38,666 bases of DNA from positions 1-38,666 of the forward strand of contig JBNGIO010005507.1 in the NCBI GenBank assembly GCA_049999805.1. The letters are read 5' to 3'. Of the stretch, positions 12,001 to 22,755 are shown piece after piece. The position numbers and the translations under genes are program-made. The stretch is from Folioceros fuciformis (taxonomy: Eukaryota). The notes beneath the pieces were generated by a model. It saw nothing but the letters and a program-made list of their open reading frames with translations. It did not search any database and was not told the DNA's origin. Position 1 is the stretch's first letter; the number at the start of each line of letters is the position of its first letter.

Positions 12001-14578
12001 TGATGTTCATGCTCTCCGAGCTGAGATCCTCTCAGTCACATCAAGTCTTGACAGAAAGGTTAGTAGCGCTTTGGCTTGTGTACTTGATTATGCACTGGCT
12101 TGAGTTGTGGGGATGAGCTTCATTTCTGCATGTAGACTAAGGAATGCCAATACGTGATGGATGTATCTGTCGAGCAAGTCAGGCAGGTGAAGACATTGAA
12201 AGACGAGGTACATCTCCTGGACATTACACCATCGTCTGCATCAAATTGATGCTGCTTGGATACATGGTAGCAAGTCAGCATGGTCTGAGTGTGCAGGCTA
12301 TGTTTCTCTCTAACCTAAGAATCTTTCAGTTGAGAGTGTTGAGACAGAGTGAGCAGGAGATGCAGCTGATTTTGGACATGTGCGAAAGGGAATGTTTTGA
12401 AACAAGGTACAGATTGATCACTAGACTCTGGATGTTAGGAACTTCGGAAGAGGAAGTGTTTTTTGCTGAAATGCAAGTGCAGAGTATGTACGTCTGCCAT
12501 ATTTCTGATTGATTTGTGGTTGTGTGTTGTCACAATGAATTCCATGACGTCTGTCGAGTTTCAGTTGATAGTGTATGGGTGTCGGATTTCAATGAAGTAT
12601 CTGTTGCAGGGATAGTCAACTCGTTTGTTGTAGCATGTCTATACGGGATTGGCCTTGGTTCAGGGTGACTGGCTGTTTCAACTGAACTCTCGAACTCTAC
12701 TCCTTGTTGTAGACGTGGGTCTTCAATTGACATGCGTGTGTTTGGTTTTACCTACTTTGTGTTCAGGTGTATGTTTTAAGGTTTATTTTTCAGGGATAAA
12801 GGATGGCTCGCAGAGTTGTTGTTGTGAATAACTGCCACACAAATTGGGTGTGCAGAGATGTGCTGGAATTGCGTCGGGCTGAATATAAAGCTCGGGCTCA
12901 GGTGGAAAGGTTAAATAGAGCATTAGATGAACACAGCTTGGAGTTAAGAGTGAAAGTTGCTAATGAGGCAGAAGCAGCATGTCAACAAAGGCTCGCTGCT
13001 GCTGAATCTGAAAACGCAAAACTGAGACTAAGAGCTGATGCATCAGAAAGGTGCTATTTTGCTTTTGTGTCTGTGAGAACATTGTTTTTTATTATCTTAA
13101 GTAATAGGGTGAATGCTCAAGCTTTTAAATTATAAAAAAATGTTTTAGGATTTCTTTGGAGCTCAAAGAGACTCTTCAGGGAAAGGTGGAAGAGGGTGAT
13201 GCCTACATCTCCGAGATCGAGGTTAAATCACATGTTCATATGTGCCTCACTGCGTGACTGCTCTGATCACAGCTGACCAAATATGAACGTTCATGACCTA
13301 TCCTGGAGCGCCTACTGCAAGTCTGAGTCCTGCCCGTGTTGGTCTTGTAGACAATTGGTCAGGCTTATGAAGAGATGCAAACACAGAATCAACGGTTGCT
13401 TCAGCAGATAACAGAGAGAGATGATTATACTACTGAGGTTTGACCTGTTTTTGAGAAACCTTTGGTTTTTAGAGTGTTGGCTTAGTCCAGCTTCTTCACT
13501 CATGTGTTTGTGAGGCTTGGCAGTCGGCGACTGATGTTCAGCTCTTTGTCTTGCTTGCGCAGCTGGTTGCAGAGAGTGTGAAGGCAAAGCAGCTGCAAAC
13601 ATCGCTTTTGGCTGAAAAGCAGCTACTGGCTAGTCGCATGCAGCATGCTAATGCGGCCGGTGATCTGCAGAAGCAGAGAATTCAGCGCTTAGAAGAGCAG
13701 GTACTTTCCTATCCGTTTCACGAAGCTGATAGTGTTTTGTGACGTTTGTTACTCGAGCTCGTTGTTTATTGCAGGCCAAGACATTTTTGGATCAGCTGAA
13801 TAAAGGATCTGATGAGACTCGACAGTGTAACTCTGTCTTGGAAAACTCCAAGCGCAAAACGTTAGAGCTTGAAAAGGAATTGTCGGTTGTGAAATGTATG
13901 CTCGAGGGAGCTCAGAAAGAACTTCAGGAACAAGGGCGAAGAAGGGCAGAGCTTGAGTTACAGCTTGAGAAAGAAAGGTTGGTGTCATCAAGTCTTCCGG
14001 TTTCTTCCGGTAGTATTGAGGGAAGGCAAGTTTCTTGTTGGGTGTGTCCTCCCGAGTTCTGTACACAATTCCGAGGACAAATGAGCTGTCTATCTCCAAT
14101 GACCTCAACTTGTTACTTTTCCGATGTAGAACGTGCTTGAAAACAATAAGTTTCTATCTAATTAATGCTCTGGCTGAGTTGGTGCCTTTCCAGGTTTGAG
14201 AAAAAGCGAATTCAAGAGCAGTGTGACATGACAAGTACTAGGGCCTCTCGTGCATCCTCACAAGGTGAAGGTGGTGTCGTTGTAGAACGACTTCAGGAAG
14301 AGATCAAAGAATACAAAGCAATTTTAAAATGTAGTGTTTGTCACGACAGAAGGAAGGAGGTATTTACTCTGTGTGGTCCATCAAGTCTTCAGTCTTGCTA
14401 GCGTGGTATATAGTGTGTGGCGTTATAATTTGAGGGACTTTGGCAGGTGGTCATCACGAAATGTTATCACTTGTTCTGTGCTCAATGTATCCAACGGACT
14501 TTGGAGCTTCGGCACCGGAAATGCCCGGGTTGTGGAGTTCCTTTCGGCCAGAATGACGTACGCAATGTCTACATATAG
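9099..14578 (+). CDS. HUB: BRE1/HUB-type RING E3 ligase for histone H2B monoubiquitination, 19 exons, ~875 aa: 9099-9206, 9439-9600, 9718-9805, 9930-10145, 10426-10593, 10801-10991, 11124-11207, 11296-11415, 11514-11700, 11898-12058, 12136-12207, 12330-12406, 12856-13050, 13149-13221, 13351-13437, 13563-13700, 13775-13977, 14194-14359, 14447-14578
   Basis: N-terminal LDAAMLQYQNHKLAQQL, long coiled coils, EIETIGQAYEEMQTQNQRLLQQITERDDY, C-terminal C3HC4 RING LKCSVCHDRRKEVVITKCYHLFCAQCIQRTLELRHRKCPGCGVPFGQND; exons sum to 2628 nt, in frame. HUB1 versus HUB2 not resolved. Confidence 0.95.
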
Positions 14579-14844
14579 CCGTGTCCAAGACTCTCTCCCA
14601 AGTCAGATTCACACTTCACATTGATGCTGGCACCGGCGGTTGTGTATATGGGTTGTGGATTGTCCTGTAATTTCTGAAAGTAAATTTATTCAAGACTCAA
14701 GTCACGAGTGGCGATTTGGACAGTCGAATTGGCAGCGAAACTGTTATTTATGCTGAAGAGCGCAAGCAATTGCGGTCCGGACATAAAAGTTTGGCCACAG
14801 ATGTAACACATATCTTTCATCATGTACCCCTTAAGAGACGCGGT

Positions 14845-16025
14845 CTACTTAGGAGGAACCAAACTGTTGACACTCCACTGGAAGGTGGTGCCAAAGGCTG
14901 CGATCAGCAGGGCTTCTGCGCGACCTGCGTGATATTCAACCGATCAAGGGCATGATGCGTTGCGGTAAACTGCAGTACCAGACCGCAAGCAGATGCTACT
15001 TATCAGAAAAGACTGGGGAGCCAAGACGAAACAGTTTACCGTGATCTTTCTTCCTTCTCAGTTGAGGTGCAAGAGACGGGAAGAGGCTACAGGCGAGCGC
15101 ACGGCTGTCATCCTGCTCAGTGGACTGACGTCATCAGACGTACTTCTTCAAGGCTGACTTACACCTGAAGAGCCAGTGGCAACCAAAGCAGAGAAGAAAA
15201 TACCTTCGTGCATTGGGTGCCAGCCAAGCCCATAGCTGCCTTCCATGCCTGCGATCGAACGGGAACCACTGAAAAGCCTAAAGCCACCAAAACTCCAGTC
15301 CATATGCCGTATCCAAATCCACTGCCGTACCAACCCTGCATGGAGACGTGAAATGTTGTCAGCCTTTGCGTCTGGAGTGGATTGGGAAACGGAACTACTA
15401 ACCAGCTTGCCATCCTTAGGAAATGGCCTCGACTCCTCAATGTACGCCACACTCCCTGTAATAGCGGCATAACGTTGGCGAAAATAAAAGACATGGGAAC
15501 GGAATGCCATACGAATGCTGTCAGAAGATTAATAGGCCTGACCTTCTGGAACTTCCAGCCGATTCAGAATAGCAACAATCGACCGGGCATCATGCCTTCG
15601 TCGTGTGGTCTTCCCAACCGCAACATTAACAGAGGGCACATCAATGACCTGTCCATCGTGCAGCATATTGACGTCGTCACCAGTTGGCGAGATGACACAG
15701 GCACAGCATTCAACCAAGAAGCAAGTTCAAGCGAAAAGACGTTGGCAACCTGAGCCGAGATTCCATTTCCGCCGCGATGGAGCAGGGCAACCGCTCCCGA
15801 CACATCAGGGTCCACCCCAAACAATGTCAAGCTGGCGTCGTCTTCCCTGGTAATGAAGTGTGCATCCGCTGGCGATAAGGGGACATCATATGCTTCCATG
15901 CAAGAGGAAGCCACGTTTGCGGCCTTGCATTCTACGGAAGCCGCTAGTTCTGCGAAGACCGCTGGACGAGCTAGTCGCGGGTAGGCAGCAAATAGGCGAG
16001 CCTGCAATACCATCGTGTTGCGCAT
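14845..16025 (-). CDS. MOC1: MOC1 chloroplast Holliday junction resolvase (RuvC-like), 6 exons, ~239 aa: 16025-15750, 15648-15543, 15455-15403, 15335-15204, 15112-15040, 14924-14845
   Basis: Motifs GVDPDVSGAVA, AYIEESRPFPKDGK, GWYGSGFGYGIWTGVLVALGFSVVPV..WK, KDDSR..A..LFP...LRRKKDHGRAEALLIAAFG; Ala/Arg-rich N-terminus resembling a transit peptide; GT-AG introns. An alternative ATG lies at 16013. Confidence 0.92.
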
Positions 16026-16396
16026 GTCTTTAGATGAAAACGAAGGGGGAAGTGACGCACAGACCGCAACCTGAGTAGAAAAACGGGACGTTTGCACTCT
16101 GTTCGTGTTATTTTGGTTAGGAATTCTCTACCTACCCTAAGATGTATCGATGGGCAACGGGGTGACCGGTTCTTGCGGTGAAGAGCGTGCGAAAGGTATC
16201 GGGACGGGCTCGAAGGTTGTGACGAGACTCGCGACCTTTCCCCCTTGTGAGTTTGTGTATGGTCTTCTGCTCTGTTTTCTCCTTTCTTCCCCTGCTGCGC
16301 TCTTGGGGGTCTGTGCTGTGCTGTGCTGTGGATATGTCACTATCCTCGCCTGCGTAGCTGGAAGCTCCATCGCCAAGATCAAGTACTACTCCAGAC

Positions 16397-18044
16397 ATGA
16401 GATCCTCGAACTCGGGCACTAGCGGCAGTGGAGGGCAAAAGCCCGGCCCACCTCTGAGTGGCTACCCTTTTGATCTTGGTTTGCCGGGTTTGAGCTCGTC
16501 TACGCCCTTGGCGGCCTTGAAGGATGGCACGCAGCAGCTACCGCCAGGCCAGTCTAGTCTACCTGCTAAACCGTCGTGGACTCCGGTGTCACTCGCACCT
16601 CTCAATGGAAGGGGCTCGCAGGTCCAGGGTCCATCGGCACCGCGCTCTTCCAAGGCTTGGATCCCCCAGGTGGATTCTTCTAAATCGGGGGGAGTAGGAG
16701 ACGTTTTCGGCGATCTGCTGGGAAGTGTGCTGCGAGACGGAGGGCTAAATCAACGCTCATCTGCTCCAGCTCTGGGATCCAATTCCGGGAAAGGTGTGGG
16801 CCTATGTCCTCCAAAGTCAGCCCCCATGCGTCTAAGCAGTCGTTTCCCTCTCGCGTCCAACGTGTCTTCTTCCACTGCTTTCGATCCCTTCATCACTCCA
16901 TCCTCGGCACCCGTTTCCGCGAAGGAGCGCACCATCGATTCCTTGTCAGATATCATGTCTCAACTTCCGACGTCGGCATCCGCATCAGCGTCGGCATCTA
17001 CATCGGCAACTCTTGGGGACCCTTTCCCTGACTTTTTCAGCTTTCCAGCTTTTGGCTCAGGCAATGCTTCTGTATCCTCATCTTCTGGTCCTGTCGCGGC
17101 AGGGGCAGACGATCCTTTCGGCTTGATGAACCCATCTTTCACCCCCGCAGCACCTGTGGGCCAGGGTGAGGTCGATCTTTTCGGATTGACAGGCTCAGTA
17201 GGCAGCAGTTCAGCCACCGGAGATCCTTTTCTTCAAGGTAACGCCGATCCCTTCGAATCTCTGGGGATGATGGGGAAAGGTTCCAGGGCAACTGCAGCAG
17301 GACCGACCGTCAATGTCAATGATTCAATAACGCCTCTTACAAGGCCTACTCAATCGCCTTCTTTGAATGCTTTGTGGGCAAGCGCTGCAGCTGCTCCCTC
17401 GTCTGGATCGCTTGACCTAAGAGAACAACCAAGAGAGGCACGCGGGTCTGTCTTGACCACAGAATTGGAAGGCCTAGGTCCACCTCCTGCAGGTGTCACG
17501 GCTGTCACAGCAAACAGCAGGGGAGCTGAATATTACAGACAAGGACAATTTCCGGATGCTATCAAGTGGCTATGTTGGGCCGTAGACCTTTTGCAGGAAG
17601 CTGGGGACANNNNNNNNNNNNNNNNNNNNNNNNNNNNNNNNNNNNNNNNNNNNNNNNNNNNNNNNNNNNNNNNNNNNNNNNNNNNNNNNNNNNNNNNNNN
17701 NNNNNNNNNCAGAAAAGCTGTCGCGGACTGCTCGAAGGTTAGTACCTCCGGCTCAACATGCGTCCAAATTAATTACTTGCGTTTTCATGGTTTTTTCGCA
17801 GCCTTTGACGTTTTTTCGCACGTCCTCGCCTCTTGAATGGACTCTGCACCAGGTTTTGGAGATCGATAAGCAAGATACCAGCGTGCTATTGCAGAGGGCG
17901 TTTTTGTATGAGAGTATGGAGAAGTATTCTCGGAGTGTGGAGGATTTCAGAGAAGTCCTTCGAAGAGATCCCAGCCATAAGGTTGCGGCCAATACATTGA
18001 CCAGGTTGACAAAGATGATGGCAAGACCGAGCTTCAACCTGTAG
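16397..18044 (+). CDS. Protein with a low-complexity Ser/Pro/DPF-rich N-terminus and C-terminal TPR repeats; join(16397..17737,17853..18044), includes an N gap
   Basis: EGLGPPPAGVTA...GAEYYRQGQFPDAIKWLCWAV...KAVADCSK|VLEIDKQDTSVLLQRAFLYESMEKY...DFREVLRRDPSHKVA is a TPR array; several DPF motifs; phase-0 GT-AG intron. Confidence 0.88.
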
Positions 18045-18669
18045 CCTCCACAAAAAAACTGAAATTGCCATGCAGTGGTAGTCGCGGAGGCAAGCTGCCT
18101 TTATACCCTCTGTTTGTGGTACTTCTTTCCCTTCTTATGTTCTCGAGTAGTAAGCAAGACCAACACACTCCCCATTTAGCTGTCGCTTACCCGAATGTTG
18201 GATATATGTGTGAATCGAGTGAACTGGCTCTCTCCCACAATCTGACTCGGCAGGTAGTACTTGTGCAGGGTCAAAGCTCCGAAATTGGAAGGGGACTGTG
18301 CAGGACAAGTCGGTGCGAGGGGCGGGGATAGGAGCGGGGGAGTGAGGAGGGAAATTGTCTCATATTGCTTGCAAAGAAGGAAGCAACTGTTGATGATAAA
18401 GGGGCAATCAGCCGGATCGAAATCCCAGGCATCAGGCAGTGAGAACCGCTTGGACACCTGAAACCTTACGTTTTGCGTGCTTGTGGGTAACGGCTCCCAC
18501 AGCAGCCAGCCAGCCAGCCCTTCACGCTCCACGTCGTGCAATACCTGGAGAAAAACGGCAACACTCCGAACATCATGCGCTGACTGTTGCTTTGCAATTG
18601 ATCGATTTAGGGCCAACATCGACACGTAGACCGTGCTACTTCATCAATTGGAGTAAACGATTCTGCGCA

Positions 18670-18823
18670 TGTGCGAACACAGCAGGAAGCACATCTGTGT
18701 GTGTGAACACAGCAGGAAGCACATCATTGCGCGAACACAGCACATCTGTGTGTGCGAACACAGCAGGAAGCACATCTGTGTGCGCAAACACAGCAGGAAG
18801 CACATTTGTGTGTGCGAACACAG
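18670..18823. repeat. Tandem repeat, ~30 bp unit GTGCGAACACAGCAGGAAGCACATCTGTGT, ~5 copies
   Basis: Unit repeated directly, one copy internally deleted. Confidence 0.9.
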
Positions 18824-18871
18824 GCATTCAATCTGAAGCCAGCCCTAAATCTTGTTCCCTATCTGCACTTA

Positions 18872-19025
18872 GAATAAGGGAATAAGGTGGAATAAGGTTC
18901 GGCCATGTCAATATGGAATAAGGGAATAAGGTGGAATAAGGTTCGGCCATGTCACTATGGAATAAGGGTATAAGGTGGAGGTGGAATAAGGTTCGGCCAT
19001 GTCACTATGGAATAAGGGTATAAGG
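18872..19025. repeat. Tandem repeat, 44 bp unit GAATAAGGGAATAAGGTGGAATAAGGTTCGGCCATGTCACTATG, running into a gap
   Basis: Units start at 18872, 18916 and 18960; the array is cut by the 400-N gap. Confidence 0.9.
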
Positions 19026-19570
19026 NNNNNNNNNNNNNNNNNNNNNNNNNNNNNNNNNNNNNNNNNNNNNNNNNNNNNNNNNNNNNNNNNNNNNNNNNNN
19101 NNNNNNNNNNNNNNNNNNNNNNNNNNNNNNNNNNNNNNNNNNNNNNNNNNNNNNNNNNNNNNNNNNNNNNNNNNNNNNNNNNNNNNNNNNNNNNNNNNNN
19201 NNNNNNNNNNNNNNNNNNNNNNNNNNNNNNNNNNNNNNNNNNNNNNNNNNNNNNNNNNNNNNNNNNNNNNNNNNNNNNNNNNNNNNNNNNNNNNNNNNNN
19301 NNNNNNNNNNNNNNNNNNNNNNNNNNNNNNNNNNNNNNNNNNNNNNNNNNNNNNNNNNNNNNNNNNNNNNNNNNNNNNNNNNNNNNNNNNNNNNNNNNNN
19401 NNNNNNNNNNNNNNNNNNNNNNNNNGGCACCGTCAAGCTCTCGAGTGTAGGCTTTTGAGTGTCACTTCACCGCACTGCGCGCACGCTTTTATGTGGGCAC
19501 CGTCAGGCTCTCGGCTCTAGACTATCTGGAGTGTAGGCTTCTGAGTGTGGGCATCGTAAAGCTCATACCT

Positions 19571-19860
19571 TATGTGCTTAGATTCTGTACATCATTAGGC
19601 TCTAAAGTGTTTATGTTGGCCTAGATTCTACAAATCTATGTGCTTAGATTCTGAACATCATCAGGCTCTCAAGTGTTTATGTTGGCCTAGATTCTACAGA
19701 GCTATGTGCTTAGATTCTAAACATTATTAGGCTCTCAAGTGTTTATGTTGGCCTAGATTCTAGAGAGCTATGTGCTTAGATTCTGAACATCATTAGGCTC
19801 TCAAGTGTTTATGTTGGCCTAGATTCTGCAGAGCTATGTGCTTGAGTGTTTATGTTTGCC
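19571..19860. repeat. Tandem repeat, 66 bp unit (TATGTGCTTAGATTCT...GTGTTTATGTTGGCCTAGATTCT...), ~4.3 copies
   Basis: Units start at 19571, 19637, 19703, 19769 and 19835. Confidence 0.9.
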
Positions 19861-19972
19861 TAGCTTCGGCAGAGCTTATGTGTGTGGGTTTGTCTAGGCT
19901 TTCCAGTCTCAAGCATTTATGTTTTCCTAGCTTCTTATATTTCATTTATATTTCATGAGTCTTATTCCACAG

Positions 19973-20495
19973 GGGTCCATAAATGGCAGAGTGCCTTGAT
20001 AAAGCTAGTAGGAGCCTATCCCGACTTCGACAAGGATGCTCAAGCATGTCGCCAGAAGTAGAAGAACGTATACAATGATTACGAGACTGGTTGTGTGCGA
20101 AATGTGTTTGGAGTTGCAACCCAAGATAAGTGTCAATTTTTTGATATAGTTGATATGCACATGCATGATAGGCCCCATGTGCAATGTGAAGCCCATGCTG
20201 ATTCTTGTGGTGAGGGTCTTGTGGATTCTAGATCCAGTAACGAGGATAGTGCTCGTGTTACGGTGCTAGACCATGATGTTGAAGCATCAGGTGCTACAAG
20301 AAAACATGCACATGGAGCCGGGAAGGCAAACGAGCTCATTGAAGATATGAACAACCAGGGGCCAAAATTCTAGAGATAGTGAAGGAGATAGAGGATAAAA
20401 AATTGTCTTTCATGGAAAGCATGGCACAGACCATGTCATCTATTGTAATTTTTTTGCAAAGCCACTTGGCATCATTAAAAGACAATAGAAATTGA
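19973..20495 (+). pseudogene. Myb/SANT (trihelix-like) DNA-binding ORF of a PIF/Harbinger element, degenerate
   Basis: After the acceptor ttccacag| it reads KWQSALIKLVGAYPDFDKDAQACRQK*KNVYNDY...KCQFFDIVD, matching W..C..KW..Y..C.FF with W changed to TAG. Frameshift near 20365 into a helical C-terminus. Convergent with the transposase. Confidence 0.7.
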
Positions 20496-20630
20496 GTTTT
20501 AGGAGTCTAAGGACTCTAGTGAATCGGAATCATGTGGGAATGCATCTCTTATCTTTCGTTTACAATGTGCCTCATATAGAGCAGAACTAAGAGCCAAAAC
20601 TCTGGCACGTCCTTCCTTGTAGCCTTGCAT

Positions 20631-21889
20631 TCATAGCTCTGTTCTATCCTCCAACTCATCGTTGCTGTGCACAATACTCGAAGTTTGTCTAGCATGTCCA
20701 CTCCTACTTGAACTTGCTAGGCCAACTTCAAGTAAAGCTTGATGAGCAGCTCTGCTTGCCTCTCGTGTTACATTTTGTTTGGAAAGACTTTGCCCAAGGT
20801 CCTCCATGCCAACATCATCATTCAAAGCATCTTTGGCTTGCAAGACCCACTCTTCTCGGAACTTGATCTTATGTACCAAACATATGTTATGTGACACAAG
20901 ATAGGTAGACACCACGGAAAGCATGTTCTTCAAAGCCATATTACACCTTTTTAGTAGAATCCGGAACTTGCACTTTAACATTCCAAAGGCCCTTTCGACA
21001 CACATCATGCTACTAGATTGTATAAAATTCCAATGATCTTGCTCCATAGAAAGCCAATCTTTGCTTCCGCGGAAGGGAGTGAACATGTATAGCCGGGGCC
21101 GGTAGCTAGCATCTCCAAGTAAGGCGTATTCTCCCAAAGCACCTTGCTCACACATCTCTCCTATACGCGATCCTTGAAAAGATTCCAATCATTACAACTC
21201 CCACACCAACCATAATCATAATCCCAAATGAAGCCCTTAGCATTGACCACTAGCTAAAGCAAGCACGAATGATAGCCTTTTCGGTTATAATAATAAGCAG
21301 CAATACCTTTTGGGCCAAGTATGGGTATATGAGAACCAGTAATAGCACCAACTACATACAGAATGCCACGAACATCTTGGAACTCTTGTGCGTACCTTTG
21401 CATGGTTGCCTCAGAAGGAAACTTAATGTAGTCATTATGCAACTCCTTTCGCACATCTTTGCAAAAGTTCAACACAGCCCTATGCACAGTGGTGACACCA
21501 ATTGAAAACACATCAGCAATGACTATCAAACGATCGCCACCAGCCAGCTTGTATAATGCCATGACCACCCTCTTGTCCACTGGTATGGCTTGGCGGACTT
21601 CGTGTCTTGTTTCTTCATGTGGGGGGCAACAAATCTGCACAAGTACTCAAATGTCTGCCAATTTACTCGCATACGAGAGATGAACATGTCCTCAATATAT
21701 GACCCCAACAGTGTGTTCCCAAAGAAGTTGTTAGGTCTTGAAAATGCCCAAGCTCAACCCAACCCAAACTGCCCGCCCATCCATGAGTAACAATTGCAAG
21801 CCAAACACATCACGCTAATAATATGCATGAAGTAGAAGTAAAGACAAGGTTGTTGAAGCTTCTACAAAAACAATACTTTGCATAGCCAT
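20631..21889 (-). pseudogene. PIF/Harbinger (HARBI1-like, DDE_Tnp_4) transposase pseudogene
   Basis: F.SRMRV...TFEYLC, AIPVDKRVVMALYKLAGG, VVGAI.GSHIPI, YYNRKGYHS, LLGDASY, FTPF, CVERAFGMLKCKFRIL, with frameshifts and stops; 5' end approximate. Confidence 0.92.
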
Positions 21890-22140
21890 GAGAAGGGAGT
21901 GGACCAAATAAAATGTGAAGTTATCCATCACAAGCACCCTAAAGAAACCCTAAAAAGTACCAAACCTCATGAACAAAAACCCCAACTTACAAATGCCTCA
22001 TGTGGAAACTCATTATATAGGAGGTGGCCCGCTCAAAATAGTGTGGTCCCTAGTAAATACGTGTAATTATTTTCTTAAAATAATTATATAATAAAAAAAG
22101 TGGGCCAGATTAAATAGATTAGGTGGGCCAGGATAAGTGA

Positions 22141-22251
22141 ACTAGTGGAAAAGGTGGGTGGTACAAACATGTTTACGTGGACCGCTTATACCCGCGTGGA
22201 CGACGAACACGCGGTACAAACCGGTCTGACACCCGTTTGTACCACCGCTAG
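22141..22251. repeat. Small foldback with inverted GGTGGTACAAAC / GTTTGTACCACC motifs; possible MITE or CACTA-end remnant
   Basis: Begins ACTAGTGGAAAA. GGTACAAAC occurs twice forward and once inverted, there is an internal CCGCGTG..CACGCGG hairpin, and it ends in CTAG. Confidence 0.4.
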
Positions 22252-22755
22252 ATGGAAACGCAGAGGGGGCAAAAGGTTCGGCCATATGACTATGCTTTAT
22301 TCTGAGGGGGCAAATCTTCGTGTAGGTGTAGAGTGTTAAGAAAAATTCGGACACCCTACCGCGTGTCTCGTTCGTATGCCATAGTATGCACATAGAGATG
22401 TACAGCACCTGGCCCGTTCACGCAGGCGGCACAGGCCCCTTTGCCACGATCGAAATTCAGATTGGGAATTCCAGTACATGCGCAGTACGGAAGCTCATCC
22501 AGTTTACCCTAGACAGCTTTCATGTTGTTTCAGTTTGATAACAGCTGATCAGCGCACACAGGGGCCGGACCCGGTCAATGCATTAATTAGTTATCTGTTC
22601 AGAGGACATTTATGGTGGGTTATAAGCATATGTACAGTATTTCAGCTGCTTGCAAGGGCTGCGTTAGACCGTGGGAAGCAGATCCCTCTTCACTGTGTTT
22701 AGTAGGTCCTGTCAACATAGTTGCCATCCAATTCTCAGATTCCTACAAGTTATAC

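Larger units (their letters stand above)
19973..21889. mobile_element. Decayed PIF/Harbinger DNA transposon (coding core only; termini not identified)
   Basis: Two-gene arrangement of a Myb/SANT ORF and a HARBI1-type transposase. Confidence 0.85.

Noticed and set aside
18999-19520. ORFs spanning the 400-N gap
   Set aside because: Artefacts of Ns
18670-19860. Short regularly spaced repeats as a CRISPR array
   Set aside because: Head-to-tail tandem units with no unique spacers
18600-22140. Harbinger terminal inverted repeats and TTA/TAA target duplication
   Set aside because: Candidate TTAGGGCC at ~18607 has no convincing inverted partner
22212-22251. Helitron 3' end (hairpin plus CTAG)
   Set aside because: CTAG is followed by A rather than T, the hairpin spacing is atypical, and no Rep/helicase sequence is nearby
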